This document shows, in pieces, positions 47,836-59,177 of a DNA stretch of 64,000 nucleotides. Made by a program: the position numbers and the translations under genes. The stretch comes from an uncultured Chloroflexia bacterium (lineage in GTDB: Bacteria; Chloroflexota; Anaerolineae; CG2-30-64-16): contig CAVZDU010000002.1 of NCBI GenBank assembly GCA_963774265.1, forward strand, positions 512,001 to 576,000. Reading direction: 5' to 3'. The notes under the pieces are model-generated. The model ran no database searches. It was not told the DNA's origin and saw only the letters and a list, made by a program, of their open reading frames with translations. Each line of letters starts with the position of its first letter. Within the stretch, counting starts at the first letter, position 1.

Positions 47836-48687
47836 CTAGTACTTCACCGCGCCTGCGGTGAGGCCGCGGATTACCCAACGCTGGAAAATCAGAACGATCA
47901 CGACCACCGGCAACAGGGCCAGCACAACGCCTGCCGAGATCCAGGTCCATTGTTGGCGGAATGCGAACGAGAAGTTCTGGATCGCCACAGGAATGGTCTG
48001 CACATCTTCGATCCCCAAGGTCACGACGGAAGCAAGCATGAACTCACCGTAGGAACCGATGAACGCGAACATGCCGGCCGCGAACATGCCTGGGAGCGAC
48101 AGCGGAATGATGACGCGGAGAAAGATCTGAAACGGCTTATAACCGTCGACTTTGGCGGCGTCCTCCAGTTCCCAAGGCAGCTCAGCGTAATAGCTGGCCA
48201 GCAGCCACGTCGCCAGGGGCACGCAGTAGAACATGTTCGGTATCACCATGGCCGGCAATGACTTGAGCAGGCCAATCGACTTAAGCAGCACAAACGTGGG
48301 AGCGATCGTCACGACAGGTGGAATCATTGCGCCGAGTTGAAGCAGCACCAGCGACTCTACCTTGTAGCGGAAACGCAGCCGGGCGACCGCGTAGGCGGCA
48401 GTGGACGAGACCACGAGGCACAGCGCCGCAGTTGAGAGCGAAACGATGAAGCTGTTGCGCAACGGGATCAGGAAGCCCAGCTCCAGAATAACCTGCCGGT
48501 ACGCGTCCAGGGTCGGCTCTCGCGGCCAGAGACTGATAGGCTTCAGGTACTCAGTCCCCATGGGCTTTAGGGAGGTGCTGAAGACCCAAAAAAGCGGGAT
48601 CATGCAGAACAGGGTGATCACGATCGTGGCCAGAAGCGAAAGCCCACGGTCGATCGTCTTGTTGTGTCGCTGCAGCCAGTCTTTCAT
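47836..48687 (-). CDS. Sugar ABC transporter permease (MalG-like)
   Basis: ELEDAAKVDG EAA motif; 6 TM segments. Confidence 0.93.
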   Translation of the reverse strand: MKDWLQRHNKTIDRGLSLLATIVITLFCMIPLFWVFSTSLKPMGTEYLKPISLWPREPTLDAYRQVILELGFLIPLRNSFIVSLSTAALCLVVSSTAAYAVARLRFRYKVESLVLLQLGAMIPPVVTIAPTFVLLKSIGLLKSLPAMVIPNMFYCVPLATWLLASYYAELPWELEDAAKVDGYKPFQIFLRVIIPLSLPGMFAAGMFAFIGSYGEFMLASVVTLGIEDVQTIPVAIQNFSFAFRQQWTWISAGVVLALLPVVVIVLIFQRWVIRGLTAGAVKY

Positions 48688-49849
48688 GCGCCTTTAAACC
48701 TCAAGTTCTTGCGGATCCGGCTCACGTAGAAGAAACCGAGGATCAGCACGATCACGAACACCACCATGCCGTAGGCCGAGCCCTGCCCGAACTGAGCGCG
48801 GCTGAAGTAGAATTTGTAGGCGAACGAGCTGAGTGTCTCGGTCGTCACACCGGGACCGCCCTTGGTCAGGCCGTAGATCAGATCGAAGGTGCGAATCGCG
48901 TCCATCGAGCGGAACAGCAGCGCGACGGCGATGGTCGGGGCCAGCAGCGGCAGCGTCAGCCGGCGGAAGCGATAGAAGCCGCGGGCCCCATCCACCTTTG
49001 CCGCATCGTAAATGTCCTGCGGTATGACCGCGAGCCCGCCTATCATCAGGATGGCGATCATAGACGACATCTTCCAGACGTCAGCCAGGATCACGGAGAA
49101 CCTGGCAAGCAGCGGATCGACGAGAAAGAGCGGCACTGACTTGAGAAGGCCCCACTGAACGAGCAGGCTGCCCAGACCCACGTCGGCGTTATAAAACCAC
49201 TTCCAGATTGCCGCTGAAATGATCGGCGGAATGGCCCAGGGGATGATGATCATGGATCGCAAGAAACCGGTCCAGTGTTTCCCCACCCAGAACGTCGCCA
49301 TCGCCATCCCTAGCCCGATCCAAAACTCGAAGAACACGGCCACGACCGTGAAGAGAAACGTCCAGCTCAGCGCGGACAGGAAATTCTTGCTGCGAAACAC
49401 GCTGGCGTAGTTGGCTAATCCAATGAAGGTCTCGGAGGTCCATTTGGTCGTGTGATCCAGTTCGTGAAAGCTATAGATGATAGTCTGCGCAATTTGATAA
49501 TAGTAAAAGAGGATGATGCCGACGACCGCGGGCAGCACGAACAGAAGCGCCAGTTCGGGCTCAGTCAACGTGATTCGGCGGAAGCCTCCCAGCCCGAAGC
49601 CAAGCGCCAGGCTTCCAACGATCGCCACGACGGCAGGCACAATGGCAAGCGCCGGCTGCACCACGAACATCAATGCCGCGACTATATACATCGCGCCCAC
49701 CGCTACGATCGCAGATACCGCCAGATTCGACCGCGGCCGCTCACGAGCACCCTTGCGCGCGCGAGCATGACCATTCCGAGGAAAAGGAGGCCCACGATCA
49801 AGACGTAGAAAAGCAGTATGCGAGCTACCGCCGTGAATGTGTTGCTCAA
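48684..49849 (-). CDS. Sugar ABC transporter permease (MalF-like) with extra N-terminal TM segments (frameshift near 5' end)
   Basis: FIGLANY, IPWAIP, IYDAAKVDGA. Confidence 0.9.
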
Positions 49850-49887
49850 AGCATCGACCTTTCCGCTGTCTTAGCAAAAACGGCTCT

Positions 49888-49919
49888 GAGGGCGGAAGGC
49901 GCTCTGGCCTTCCGCCCTC
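49888..49919 (-). terminator. 13-bp stem-loop between the SBP and permease genes (partial terminator or stabiliser)
   Basis: gagggcggaaggc-gctctg-gccttccgccctc; minus strand continues agagccgttttt. Confidence 0.6.
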
Positions 49920-49931
49920 GAGCAGAGCTAC

Positions 49932-51353
49932 CTATTTGGCCAAGGCGTCGATCTGTTCGCAGGCATCATCCAGCGCAGTCTGAGCCGGCTTGAGGCCGGT
50001 CAGGGCGGCATGGATTTCCTCGGACAGAATCGATGTGATATCAGCGAACTTGGGAGACGGAATGGGCGGGATTGCCGTGTCCGCCACCTTCTGAATCAGC
50101 GGCATGTTCGGGTTGTTCTTGATGACGTCTGGGTCTGAGTAGACGTCCATGTGCGCCTGCACCGGGCCCTGCGACAGGTTGAATGCCTTCTGGACCGGGA
50201 AGTCGAACATCACCTCGAGCACCTTCGCGGCCGCTTCCGGGTTGTCCGAGAACTTGTTGATGGAGAAGCCCCAGCCCTCGAAGAAACCCGCGCCCTTGCC
50301 TGGCACGGTGGCCGGCATGGGGATGAAGCCCCACTTGTCGACGATCTTCGACTGCTTCGGGTCATTCAGCCAGAACATCATGTCCTGGCGTCCGGTGTGG
50401 AAGACCGCCTCGCCGCTGACGAAGCGCACCTGCGACTCCTCTTCCTTCCAGGTCAGGGCCTCTTTGGGGGTGATGCCCTTGTCAAACAGGCTCTTCATGA
50501 AGGTGAGCGCGGCCAGGCCCTTCTCGTCGTTCATCGCGCACTTGCCGTCTGCATCGAAGTACGTACCGCCGTAGCCGTTCAGGAACTCGACCCAGCGGTT
50601 GACGAGGACCTGATCCTTCAGCGCGGGCCAGGTCCAGCCGCTCATGCCCGGGTTTGCCTTCATGAGCGTCTTCGCGGCAGCGACCAGTTCGTCGTAGGTC
50701 TCGGGAGGCTTGATGCCGGCCGCTTCGAGCAGGTCTTTGCGATAGTACAGCCCGCCGATGCCGCCCCACCAGGGCCCCAGGGCCAGCAGCTTCCCATCGG
50801 CCGTGAAGGCTTCCAGGTAAGACGGGTTGAGCTTCGCAAGGATGTCTGGGTTGATCAGGTCGTTGAGCGGCATGAGCCAGCCGGCCTGCAGCGAACTCCG
50901 GCAGCCAGTAGAGGCCCATGCCGATCAGGTCGGTCGTGCCGTCCTCAGCCTGGAACCAGGCGAGGTAGTTGTCGCGCCAGGGACCCGCCTCGTACGGCAT
51001 GATGTTGAGCTGAACGTCGATGTTGGGGTACTTCTTGGCGACTTCTTCCCGGATGGCATCAATCGGGGGGCTGGCCGGCCCAAAGGTCTTCTCGAAGTAG
51101 CCGTTGTACGCGATCGTCACGATTTCCTTCTCCACAGGGACCTCGACGGTGACAACCTTCTCGACCTCCTTCACGACCTCTTTGGGAACCTCGACCGTCT
51201 GAATAACGGTCTTCTCGACTTGCTTCTGAACTCGACCACCTGGGTCACGACCTTCTCCACCACCTGGGGAGTCGGTGCGGCGCAAGAGGTCAGCAAGGGC
51301 AGGACGATCATCATCGCGACCAGGACTAGCCGGAAAGTGCTCTTCTTTGACAT
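49932..51353 (-). CDS. Lipoprotein extracellular sugar-binding protein (frameshifted)
   Basis: Lipobox LTSC; VEKVVT/VKEVEKVVTVE repeats; LYYRKDLL, PETYDEL, GWGFSIN. Confidence 0.88.
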
Positions 51354-51487
51354 GTTAGCTCCTCCCTGAAGCTGATCCTTGAAGGACTCAGACTGGCGTA
51401 ACAAGCTTCGGATCTGCCGGAATGCGATGTCTTGGCAGGGGTTCCCTCCTCTCTCTTACCCGGGCGATAGGGCGTGCGGCCTAACCC

Positions 51488-52462
51488 TCATTCCCAGAAA
51501 TTGTGCGGCCAGGCATGCGCCTCCAGCGCAGCCAGGTCGCTGTCGGGCAGCGGCCCCCGGTCGGAGGCGGCTACGTTCTCGCGCGCATGATGTGGTTTGC
51601 GCATGCCAGTAACCACCGTCGTGACGGCCGGGTGGCTCAGGCAGAACCGCAGTGCGGCCTGGGCGAGCGTGTCGCCCTCCTCGCGGAGCAGGAATTTGAG
51701 CCGCTCTGCCCGCTCCGCCACCTCGCGCCGGCGATCGCCGGAGAAGTAGAAATCCAGGAAGCTTCCCTCGGGGAACGTCGTTTCGGGCGTGATCTTGCCG
51801 GTCAACGCGCCTTCGTCGAGCGGGGATTTGACGATGATGCCGACTTGTCTCTTCAAGCGCCAGCGGGAACAGCCCCTGCTCCGGTGCTTGCTCCCAGATG
51901 TTGTACGTGACCTCACAGGCGTCGATCAAGCCGGTGGCGATGGCCTCGTGCGCCATAGTCGGGCTCCAGCGGATAGTTCAGCGACAGGCCGAACGCGGCC
52001 ACTTTCCCTTGCTGCTTCAGTTGCAGAAAGGCCTCTTTCCATTCATCCTGGCCGGCCCATTCGTCCAGCCAGACGTGCAGCAGCTGCAGGTCCAGGCACT
52101 CGACGCCGAGCCGCTTGAGGCTCTTCTCGGTGGACTCGATGATCCAGGATTTCGGAAACACCTCGGCAAGCGGTGTGCCAGGCGCGGCCGGCCACTTGAA
52201 GTTCATCGGATTGACCTTGGTGGAAACGTAGATGCGCCCAGGCCAGCGAGCCACGGCCTGCCCCACGAGCTCTTCGCTCAGGCCATCGCCATAGTTGGGC
52301 GCAGTGTCAACGAAATTGACGCCCAGACTCGAAGGCCGCCCGCATGGACGCCAGCGACTCCTCATTATCGGCCCCGGCCCACCAGGCCCCACCGATGCCC
52401 CAGGCTCCGAACCCAATCTCAGAAACCTGAAAGCCCGTCTTGCCAAGCTGTCGATAACGCAT
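51488..52462 (-). CDS. Aldo/keto reductase (frameshifted)
   Basis: MRYRQLGKTG..VSEIGFGAWG, DTAPNYG.G.SE, SLKRL...DL.LLH. Confidence 0.88.
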
Positions 52463-52514
52463 AGGTTATGCTCCTTATTGCAGTGAAGGATTGTCTGGAA
52501 CGATGCCAGTCTGA

Positions 52515-53970
52515 TCAGCCCGACGTGCGCTGCGCAAAATAGTCGCGCGCTTCGTCGAGAATACGGTCCAGGTCCGCATCTTGAGCCGGCAGTCGTGAAT
52601 GCAGTGCTCCGGCGCCGCCAAGATCTCGGCCAGCTTCGTGCGAGCATGGTCGAGCGCGGTCTTTTTGCCGCCCTCCAACCATTCGGGATAAGAAAGTGAA
52701 TCGGCCGTTGCCGGGATGAACTGCTCTTTGCGCCACCATTTCCGCGTGTGCGGCCGGCTCAGATAGTGACCTGGAATCGGACCGACGGCCTGGATCAGCT
52801 CCACGGCAAGAGCATCCTGGCTCATTTCCTCGCCCGATGCGAAGCGGCCAACCATGCCCGCGATATCGTCATCAAGAATGGCCTGCACAGGGTGGGCCGA
52901 CAGCTCACTCGAGACGCCCAGGTGGAGCAGCATCGAGTTCACACCGGAGAGTGCCGACAAGATTGCGGCGATCCCCTTTTCATAGCCCGCCTGGAACTCG
53001 ATGCCCTTGGCGCTGACATAGCCCGGGCTGCCGTTGCTGAGCGGGAGGCCGTAATGGCTCCACAACTGGTTGAAGATGGCATTGCTGAGCGATGCGCCGA
53101 TCTGGCCGAAGGCCGGCGAACCGGTCCGCATGTTGAGCGGCGCGGAGAAGTGGCCGATCAGCATGCGGTGTCCCGCATGCAAGCACTGGACCAGCACCAC
53201 CATTGCCAGATGCTCCGCGCGTGCTCACGATCACGGAACCGGGCACGGTCGCCGGACCGGTGCCGCCCATCATCGCGCCATCCACCGTGGTCAGCGCGTA
53301 GCCGGCTTCGACAATGCGCCTTGCCGAGGTGATGGCCCCGCTGCCCCAGGTCAGCGGCGGAGAAGAGCCGATGGTCCCGACGATCTCGTGCCCGAGCGCC
53401 TGCGCCATCTGAAAGGTGAAGAGCTCCGCGTCATTGGAGCAGGCGGTCATCTGGTGCTTATCGGAATATTGCATGTGCAGGGCGACGCCCGCAGGGATGG
53501 CCAGGACGTCCGGCATGTCGTCAAAGCCGAAGTAAGGATAGCATCCCAAGTGATCGAGGTGCGGCAAGGCCTGCAGCACCCGAATGCAGTCGATGTACTC
53601 ACGCCGGGTGGGACGGCGCGGCTCCAACGTGTCGAGGTCAATGGTCTGCATGCCGGAACTGTGCGAGAAGTAGAACCGGTCGCCCCCGAGGACCAGGTCG
53701 TTCGCCGGGTTCGGCGCGGCCACGGAGAAAGTCCGGGGCGCCTGCGACAGGCATTCTTCGACCAGCTCGCGAGGAAACCGAACCCGGTCCGCGGCCTCAT
53801 CGACCGCGCAGCCCTGCCGAGCGAGGAAGGCCAGCGCCCAGGGGTCCTCAAACCGGACGCCTGTTTCCCAGAGCACTTGAAGCGTGCCCTCGTGCAGCGC
53901 CTTGATTTGCTCTTCCCCCAACATCTGCAACGATGTCCGCGCGCGTGAAGCCCTGACGAGCCATGCCCAT
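52515..53970 (-). CDS. MttB-superfamily (non-pyrrolysine) corrinoid methyltransferase MT1 (frameshifted)
   Basis: LHEGTLQVL.ETGVRF, VRFPRELVE, MGGTGPATV.G, QAGYEK, VGPIPGHYL..PHT; no in-frame amber codon seen. Confidence 0.85.
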
Positions 53971-53978
53971 CCTTCCTG

Positions 53979-54626
53979 TCAAACCCCCAGCAGCGTGTGC
54001 GCCAGTTTTACGGCGCCCGGCGCTGTCGGGTCATAGCCATCTGCGCCGATCGAACCGGCGAACTCCCGCGTGATCCCTCCGCCGCCCACGATCACCTTGA
54101 CGCGATCGCGCAGGCCTGCCCCCTTCAGCAGCTCGATCACCTTCTTCTGTTCGGCCGCGGTGGTGGAGAGCAGCGCGGACAGCGCCAACAGCCTGGCGTC
54201 GTACCGGTTCACGGCGTCCACGAACTCCTCGGCCTTGATGTTGATCCCCAGGTCATGGACCGAGAAGCCGGCCGCGCGTAACAACGTGGCCACCATGTTC
54301 TTGCCGATGTCGTGGATGTCACCCAATACAGTGCCGATGACGACGACGCCCAGTCCCTCGTGGCGCACCCCGCGGCGGGCGATCTCGGCCTCGAGGATGG
54401 TCGTGCCCGCAGACATCGCCTCTGCGGCCGCGATGAGGTCAGGAAGCCACAGATCACCGCAGGCAAAGCCGTCGCCCACGGCACGAATCGCATCGGTGAG
54501 CGCAGCAAGTGCGACCAACGGGTCGACCTGCTCTTCCACTGCCTGCCTGGCCCAGTCTGCAGCGGCTTCAGGATCGCAATCGGTGACGGCCTGACCCAGG
54601 CCTTGCAGTATCTCGGGTGCTTCCAT
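53979..54626 (-). CDS. Corrinoid (cobalamin-binding) protein of a methyltransferase system
   Basis: Cap domain plus GTVLGDIHDIGKN (DxHxxG), SALL.TT, IVGGG. Confidence 0.93.
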   Translation of the reverse strand: MEAPEILQGLGQAVTDCDPEAAADWARQAVEEQVDPLVALAALTDAIRAVGDGFACGDLWLPDLIAAAEAMSAGTTILEAEIARRGVRHEGLGVVVIGTVLGDIHDIGKNMVATLLRAAGFSVHDLGINIKAEEFVDAVNRYDARLLALSALLSTTAAEQKKVIELLKGAGLRDRVKVIVGGGGITREFAGSIGADGYDPTAPGAVKLAHTLLGV

Positions 54627-54666
54627 GCTTTTCCCCTGCGCTCATCACGGATCCGCGTTAAGCTCG

Positions 54667-55542
54667 TTACTTCATCAATTCCCGCAGGAAATACTTGTGC
54701 TTGCCGAACTGGCCGCCGAAGTTCATGGCCGTCAACGCCAGCACCCCCGGCACCTGCGCGGCTGCAGTCAGCGACAGGCCCATTGCCCTGGCCATGACAC
54801 CGGCACTCGCGCCGAACATCAGCAGGTTCAGCACGGACCCCACGCCTTCCGGAATCTTGGTGTCCTCGATCTGGTCGCGCAGCGATGGGATGTAGTCGAA
54901 TTCGCGGAACACTTGCTCCAGCCCATAGCCCATCGGCGCCACACCGTCCACCGCGGCGATGGCCTCCTTGGCGGCCAGGATCGCGGCCACGGCCGACGCT
55001 GCGTTCACGGCGAAGCAGACGAAGTGGCCATCGGTGCCCTCGACGCTGATCTGGATGGTCTTCTCGTAGGCGAACTCGCCGGTAGTCGTGGGCACCACGC
55101 ACATGACATGGCCGGCCTCGGTGCGCTCCGTATCCTTTTCAGACCACCGCTCCTTGGACATCTCGAACTTGTCATGGAGGTTGACGCGTCACGGTCTGCA
55201 CGCCAGGGATCGCAGCGTCGTAGATCGTCACCGTCGGCACCAGGGAGGCCAGGGCCACGCGCAGCTCGAGCTCCTTCAGCAGATCTTCCCGGCTGGCCGG
55301 GACGTGCGCCATTGAGACAAAGACGCCGGGGCGATGGTCCGGGGTCTCGTGCGGGAAAGGCGGCGCGCTCGATCCCGGCAGTTGAACCTGGAGCCGATCA
55401 TGCTTGACCCGCCTGCGCCGGCAAACTGATTGGCCGCGCCCAGGGCCAGCTCCGCAGTCATGGCGGTGATCAGGACACGGGATACTTCCAGCGTCCAGGC
55501 TTCTGCAAAGGTGTCGTAGACTTCAACCGCATTACCGTTCAT
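54667..55542 (-). CDS. Divergent formylmethanofuran:H4MPT formyltransferase (Ftr)-like protein (frameshifted)
   Basis: N-terminal VEVYDTFAEA...RVLITA and AGIER; C-terminal PGVLALTAMNFGGQFGKHKYFLREL, resembling the Ftr end GV.KISAGNYGGKLG...L.DL. Confidence 0.78.
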
Positions 55543-55561
55543 CAGAATCTCCTTGCGTGAT

Positions 55562-56580
55562 TTATGCGTCGTGAACGACCTGAACCTTCAGGCCCTCTTG
55601 CCGGCGCGCGATCTCAAAACCATCCTGCACCTGTTCCAGCGCGAAGCGATGCGAGATCAAAGGCTTGACCTGCACGACGCCGGCGCGGATCAGGGCCAGC
55701 GCATCCTCGAATTGCGCGATCGTCGAGTCATAGCTGCCGACGAGTCGCAGCTCTTTGTAGTGGATCAGGTCGAGGTCCAGGGTCACCTCAGGCACCAGGG
55801 TCGCGGCAAAGTAGAGCACATGGCCGCGCCGTGCGGCGAGGTCGATGGACTGCTTGAGCACAGCGACGCTGCCCGCGGCGTTGACGACCACGTCCGCGCC
55901 GCGGCCGTCCGAGCACCTCACGCACCGCGGCGAGGACGTCCTGTTTCTGCGAATTGAGCACCAGGTTGACGCCCAGACTGCCCGGCGACAGCCAGCCGGT
56001 GGTCCAGCAGGCCAATCATGACGGTGTACGCGCCGCGATGGCGAAGCATCTGCGCGTGCATCAGGCCGATCGGCCCGTCGCCGATGACCACGGCGACCGC
56101 GCCCGGCGCGACATCAACCTTGGACTGGCCGTTCACGACGCAGGCCAGGGGCTCCGCGAAGGCGGCTTCCTCTAGGGAGACGCCGGCGGGCACCTTCACC
56201 AGGTTGGCGAAGGGATAGGCCGCATACTGGGCCAGGCCGCCCGAGAAATAGCCTGCGTTCTGGCAAGCGCTCCACATGCCGCGGCGGCAGTAGTAGCAGT
56301 AGCCGCAGGGCAGCCGGCCATCGGCCACCACAGCGTCGCCCGCCTTGACGGTGGGCACCTCCGCGCCGGCCTCTACCACCGTCCCAGACAGCTCGTGGCC
56401 CATGCGGAACGGATAGGTGATCGTCCAGCCGCGGGGCTGCTTGCCGACATAGGCATCCACATCGGTGCCGCACACGCCGCAGTAGGCGACCTTCAGGAGA
56501 ACCTCTCGCGGGCCGATCTGGGGCATCGGCATCTCATCGACCTGCATGACCAGCGGCCCGTGAAGCCGTGCGACTTTCAT
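55562..56580 (-). CDS. Zn-dependent (MDR) polyol/alcohol dehydrogenase (frameshift ~55960)
   Basis: CGTD, GHE, CGYCYYC, EPLAC, GDGPIG. Confidence 0.9.
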
Positions 56581-56589
56581 AGCAACTCC

Positions 56590-57977
56590 TTATAGCGCAT
56601 TGAAGTAGGCGGGAAGCTCGATCCCGGCCTCCGTAAAGCGGGCCTGTGCGTATGCAACCGCCTCGCCGACCCACGCTTCTTCGTCAAGGGTTCGTATCCG
56701 ACGATCTTCCATCACGATCTGCCCGTCGCAGATCACGGTGGTCACGTCATGGCTCGAGGCGCAGTAGACCAGGCTGTTCTCGATGCGATTGATGGGCCGC
56801 ATGTGCGTGCCGGTCAGATCGACCAGGATCAGATCGGCCTTCTTCCCGCTGACCAGCGAGCCGATCTCCCGATCCATGCCCAGGGCCTCGGCGCCGCCCA
56901 GGGTCGCCATACGCAGTGTGACGGCCGCGGGCAACACGCGCGGATCCATGGTGGTCACTTTCTGCAGGAACGCTGCAGTCCGCATCGCCTCGAACATGTC
57001 CATGTTGTCGTTGACCGCACAGCTATCGGTGCCCAGCGAAACGACAACCCCGGCATCCAGGAATTTGCGGATCGGCGCGACCCCATCGGCGATCTTCATG
57101 TTGCACTCAGGGTTATGCGCCACCTTCGTGCCGGTCCTGGCGAAGAGCTCGATATCCTCGTCCGAGAGCCAGATGCAGTGCGCGCCGAGCACGTCGGGTC
57201 CCAGCAGGCCGAGGTTGTGCAGGTGCTGGGTGGGGGTGGCACCGAACAGTGACTGGATGTTGTGCCATTCGTACTCGGTCTCGGCGATGTGGATGTGGAC
57301 CGCGACGCCCTCACGGTCCGCGCGGCGGCGCACCTCGCGAATCAGATCGACGCTGCATGAGTTCGGGCAGGCCAGCCCATAGCGGAATGTGACGTCGGCC
57401 GCCAGCCGAGCCGGCGCACCGTTCTCGCAGCGCATCGGCCAGCTTGTACAGGGTCGCATGGGGCAGCAGCACGTCGGGCGAGATCCACTGGTCCGTCATG
57501 GTGAGCGTGTGGACCACCCGGATGCCCGCCTGCTCGAACACATCAACCACGCAAGGATCAGTCGCCCACTCCATATTCAGGATCGTCGTGATCCCGGCCC
57601 GGATGGCGTCGACGCAGCCGAGCCGCGACGAGTGCAATTGCGCAGCATGCGTCCCGCTCAGGTAGTCCTGCACCGCGACCTTGATCCTCGGCACCGACAC
57701 CTGGTCGATCCAGTCCAGCAGGGACAGGTCGTCACGCGTGCCCTTGTGGAAGTTCTGCAGGAAGTGGTGATGGGTGTCGATCAGGCCCGGCATGACTGCC
57801 TGCCTGCGCCGTCGATCACCTTGCGGGCCGGTAAGCGCGGCTCGACCTCGGCGCGCGGGCCGACGGCCACGATGCGCCCCGCGATCGATTGCGACTGCGC
57901 CGTGTTCGATCAGCGGCTGCGCTGTCGTCCAGGGTGACAACCAGCCGGCCCAGGACCAGCAGATCGATCTCAGTCAA
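56590..57977 (-). CDS. Metal-dependent amidohydrolase (MTA/SAH-deaminase/AtzA-like) (frameshifted)
   Basis: MPGLIDTHHH, HIHIAET, AHC, HNPECN, LGTD, GKKADL. Confidence 0.88.
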
Positions 57978-57978
57978 T

Positions 57979-59141
57979 CTACAGCGCCTCGTTCAGCAGG
58001 TCGACGATGTCGGTCACGGTCAGATTCAAGCCGGCCTTGGCCACCGATCGCTTCAGGTTGACGACGCATGTGGGGCAGGAGGAAACCACTTGCGTCTGCG
58101 CCGGCCGCGGCCGCCTGTTGGAGCCGTTCGACCGCCGACATCGCCCGCAAGATCGGTGAACGCGCTGAGCACGCCACCGCCCGCGCCGCAGCACAGGGCG
58201 TGCTCCCGGTTCGAGTACATCTCGACCAGCTCGACGCCCGGCACCGAGCTGATCAGCTCGCGCGGCTCATCGTAGATGCCCATGTGGCGGCCCATGATGC
58301 ACGGATCGTGGTAGGTCACCTTGCGGTTGATCGCATGGAGCTTGCCGGCGGCCAGGCTCGGGAAGAATTCGTGGGTGTGCTGGAAGTTCAAGCCCCGAAT
58401 GAATGCCCAAATCCTCCGGATAGACTCCCGTGAAGGCCCGGTAGCAGCCGGCGCAGGTCGTCAGCACGACGTCCGGCTGGTAGGCCTTGATGCGTTGGCC
58501 AGCGTGTATTCGGCTGCCTGCCTCATGGCGTCCATCTGGCCGATATCGAAGAGCGGATAGCCGCAGCACGCGTCCTCTTCCAGCACCGCGTAGTTCACGC
58601 CCAGCTTGTCGAGCAGTTCCGTCGGTCGACTTGCCGATGCTCTTGATCTTGCGCACGGTCTGGCAGCCCGGGAAGTACAGCACGTCGACCTTGTGCGGGC
58701 GTGACCGCCACCTGTGATGGGACGCGCCGCGCGGGGCCGAAGATGCTGTGATGCTGCACGGTGTTGTCTGCCACCGCGGCCTGGTTCTCCGTCATGATGC
58801 CGGCATCCACCAGGTCCGCACGCAGGGCGGTCCAGATCTCGAAGCAGCGGCATGCCCACCGGGCAATGCTCCCCACAGCTTCCACACAGGGAGCACTGGG
58901 CCAGGTGCTCCAGGAAGGTCTCATCGATATCCACTTCCCCCTCGAGGAGCTGCTGCGCCATATTCACACGCCCGCGGGCGTACTGGGTATCAAACGCCTC
59001 GGTGTAGGGATAGGTCGGGCAAACCCAGTCAACGCCTTTCCAATTCCACACGCGGCAGAAACCGCAGCGGCTGCAATCAAATACTTCCTTGCGCAATGCC
59101 TCGAGGCGGGAGGCAGGGATTCTGCTTGTCGCCATCTTCAT
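57979..59141 (-). CDS. Fe-S/CCG-domain oxidoreductase subunit (GlcF/HdrD-like) (frameshifted)
   Basis: CSRCGFC..CP, CSLCGSC..HCP, YFPGC, CCG, YHDPC..GR, CCGAGGG. Confidence 0.88.
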
Positions 59142-59177
59142 CTCCTTATATCGACGTTATTGCTGCGGCAGTAAGCG

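Noticed and set aside
51120-51265. VEKVVT-like repeats as a novel repeat system
   Set aside because: Low-complexity linker after a lipobox, common in Chloroflexota solute-binding lipoproteins.
54667-55542. Evidence for methanogenesis or an archaeal origin of the contig
   Set aside because: A single divergent Ftr-like gene sits in an otherwise bacterial context (sigma70 promoter, sucAB, zwf, lipoproteins).
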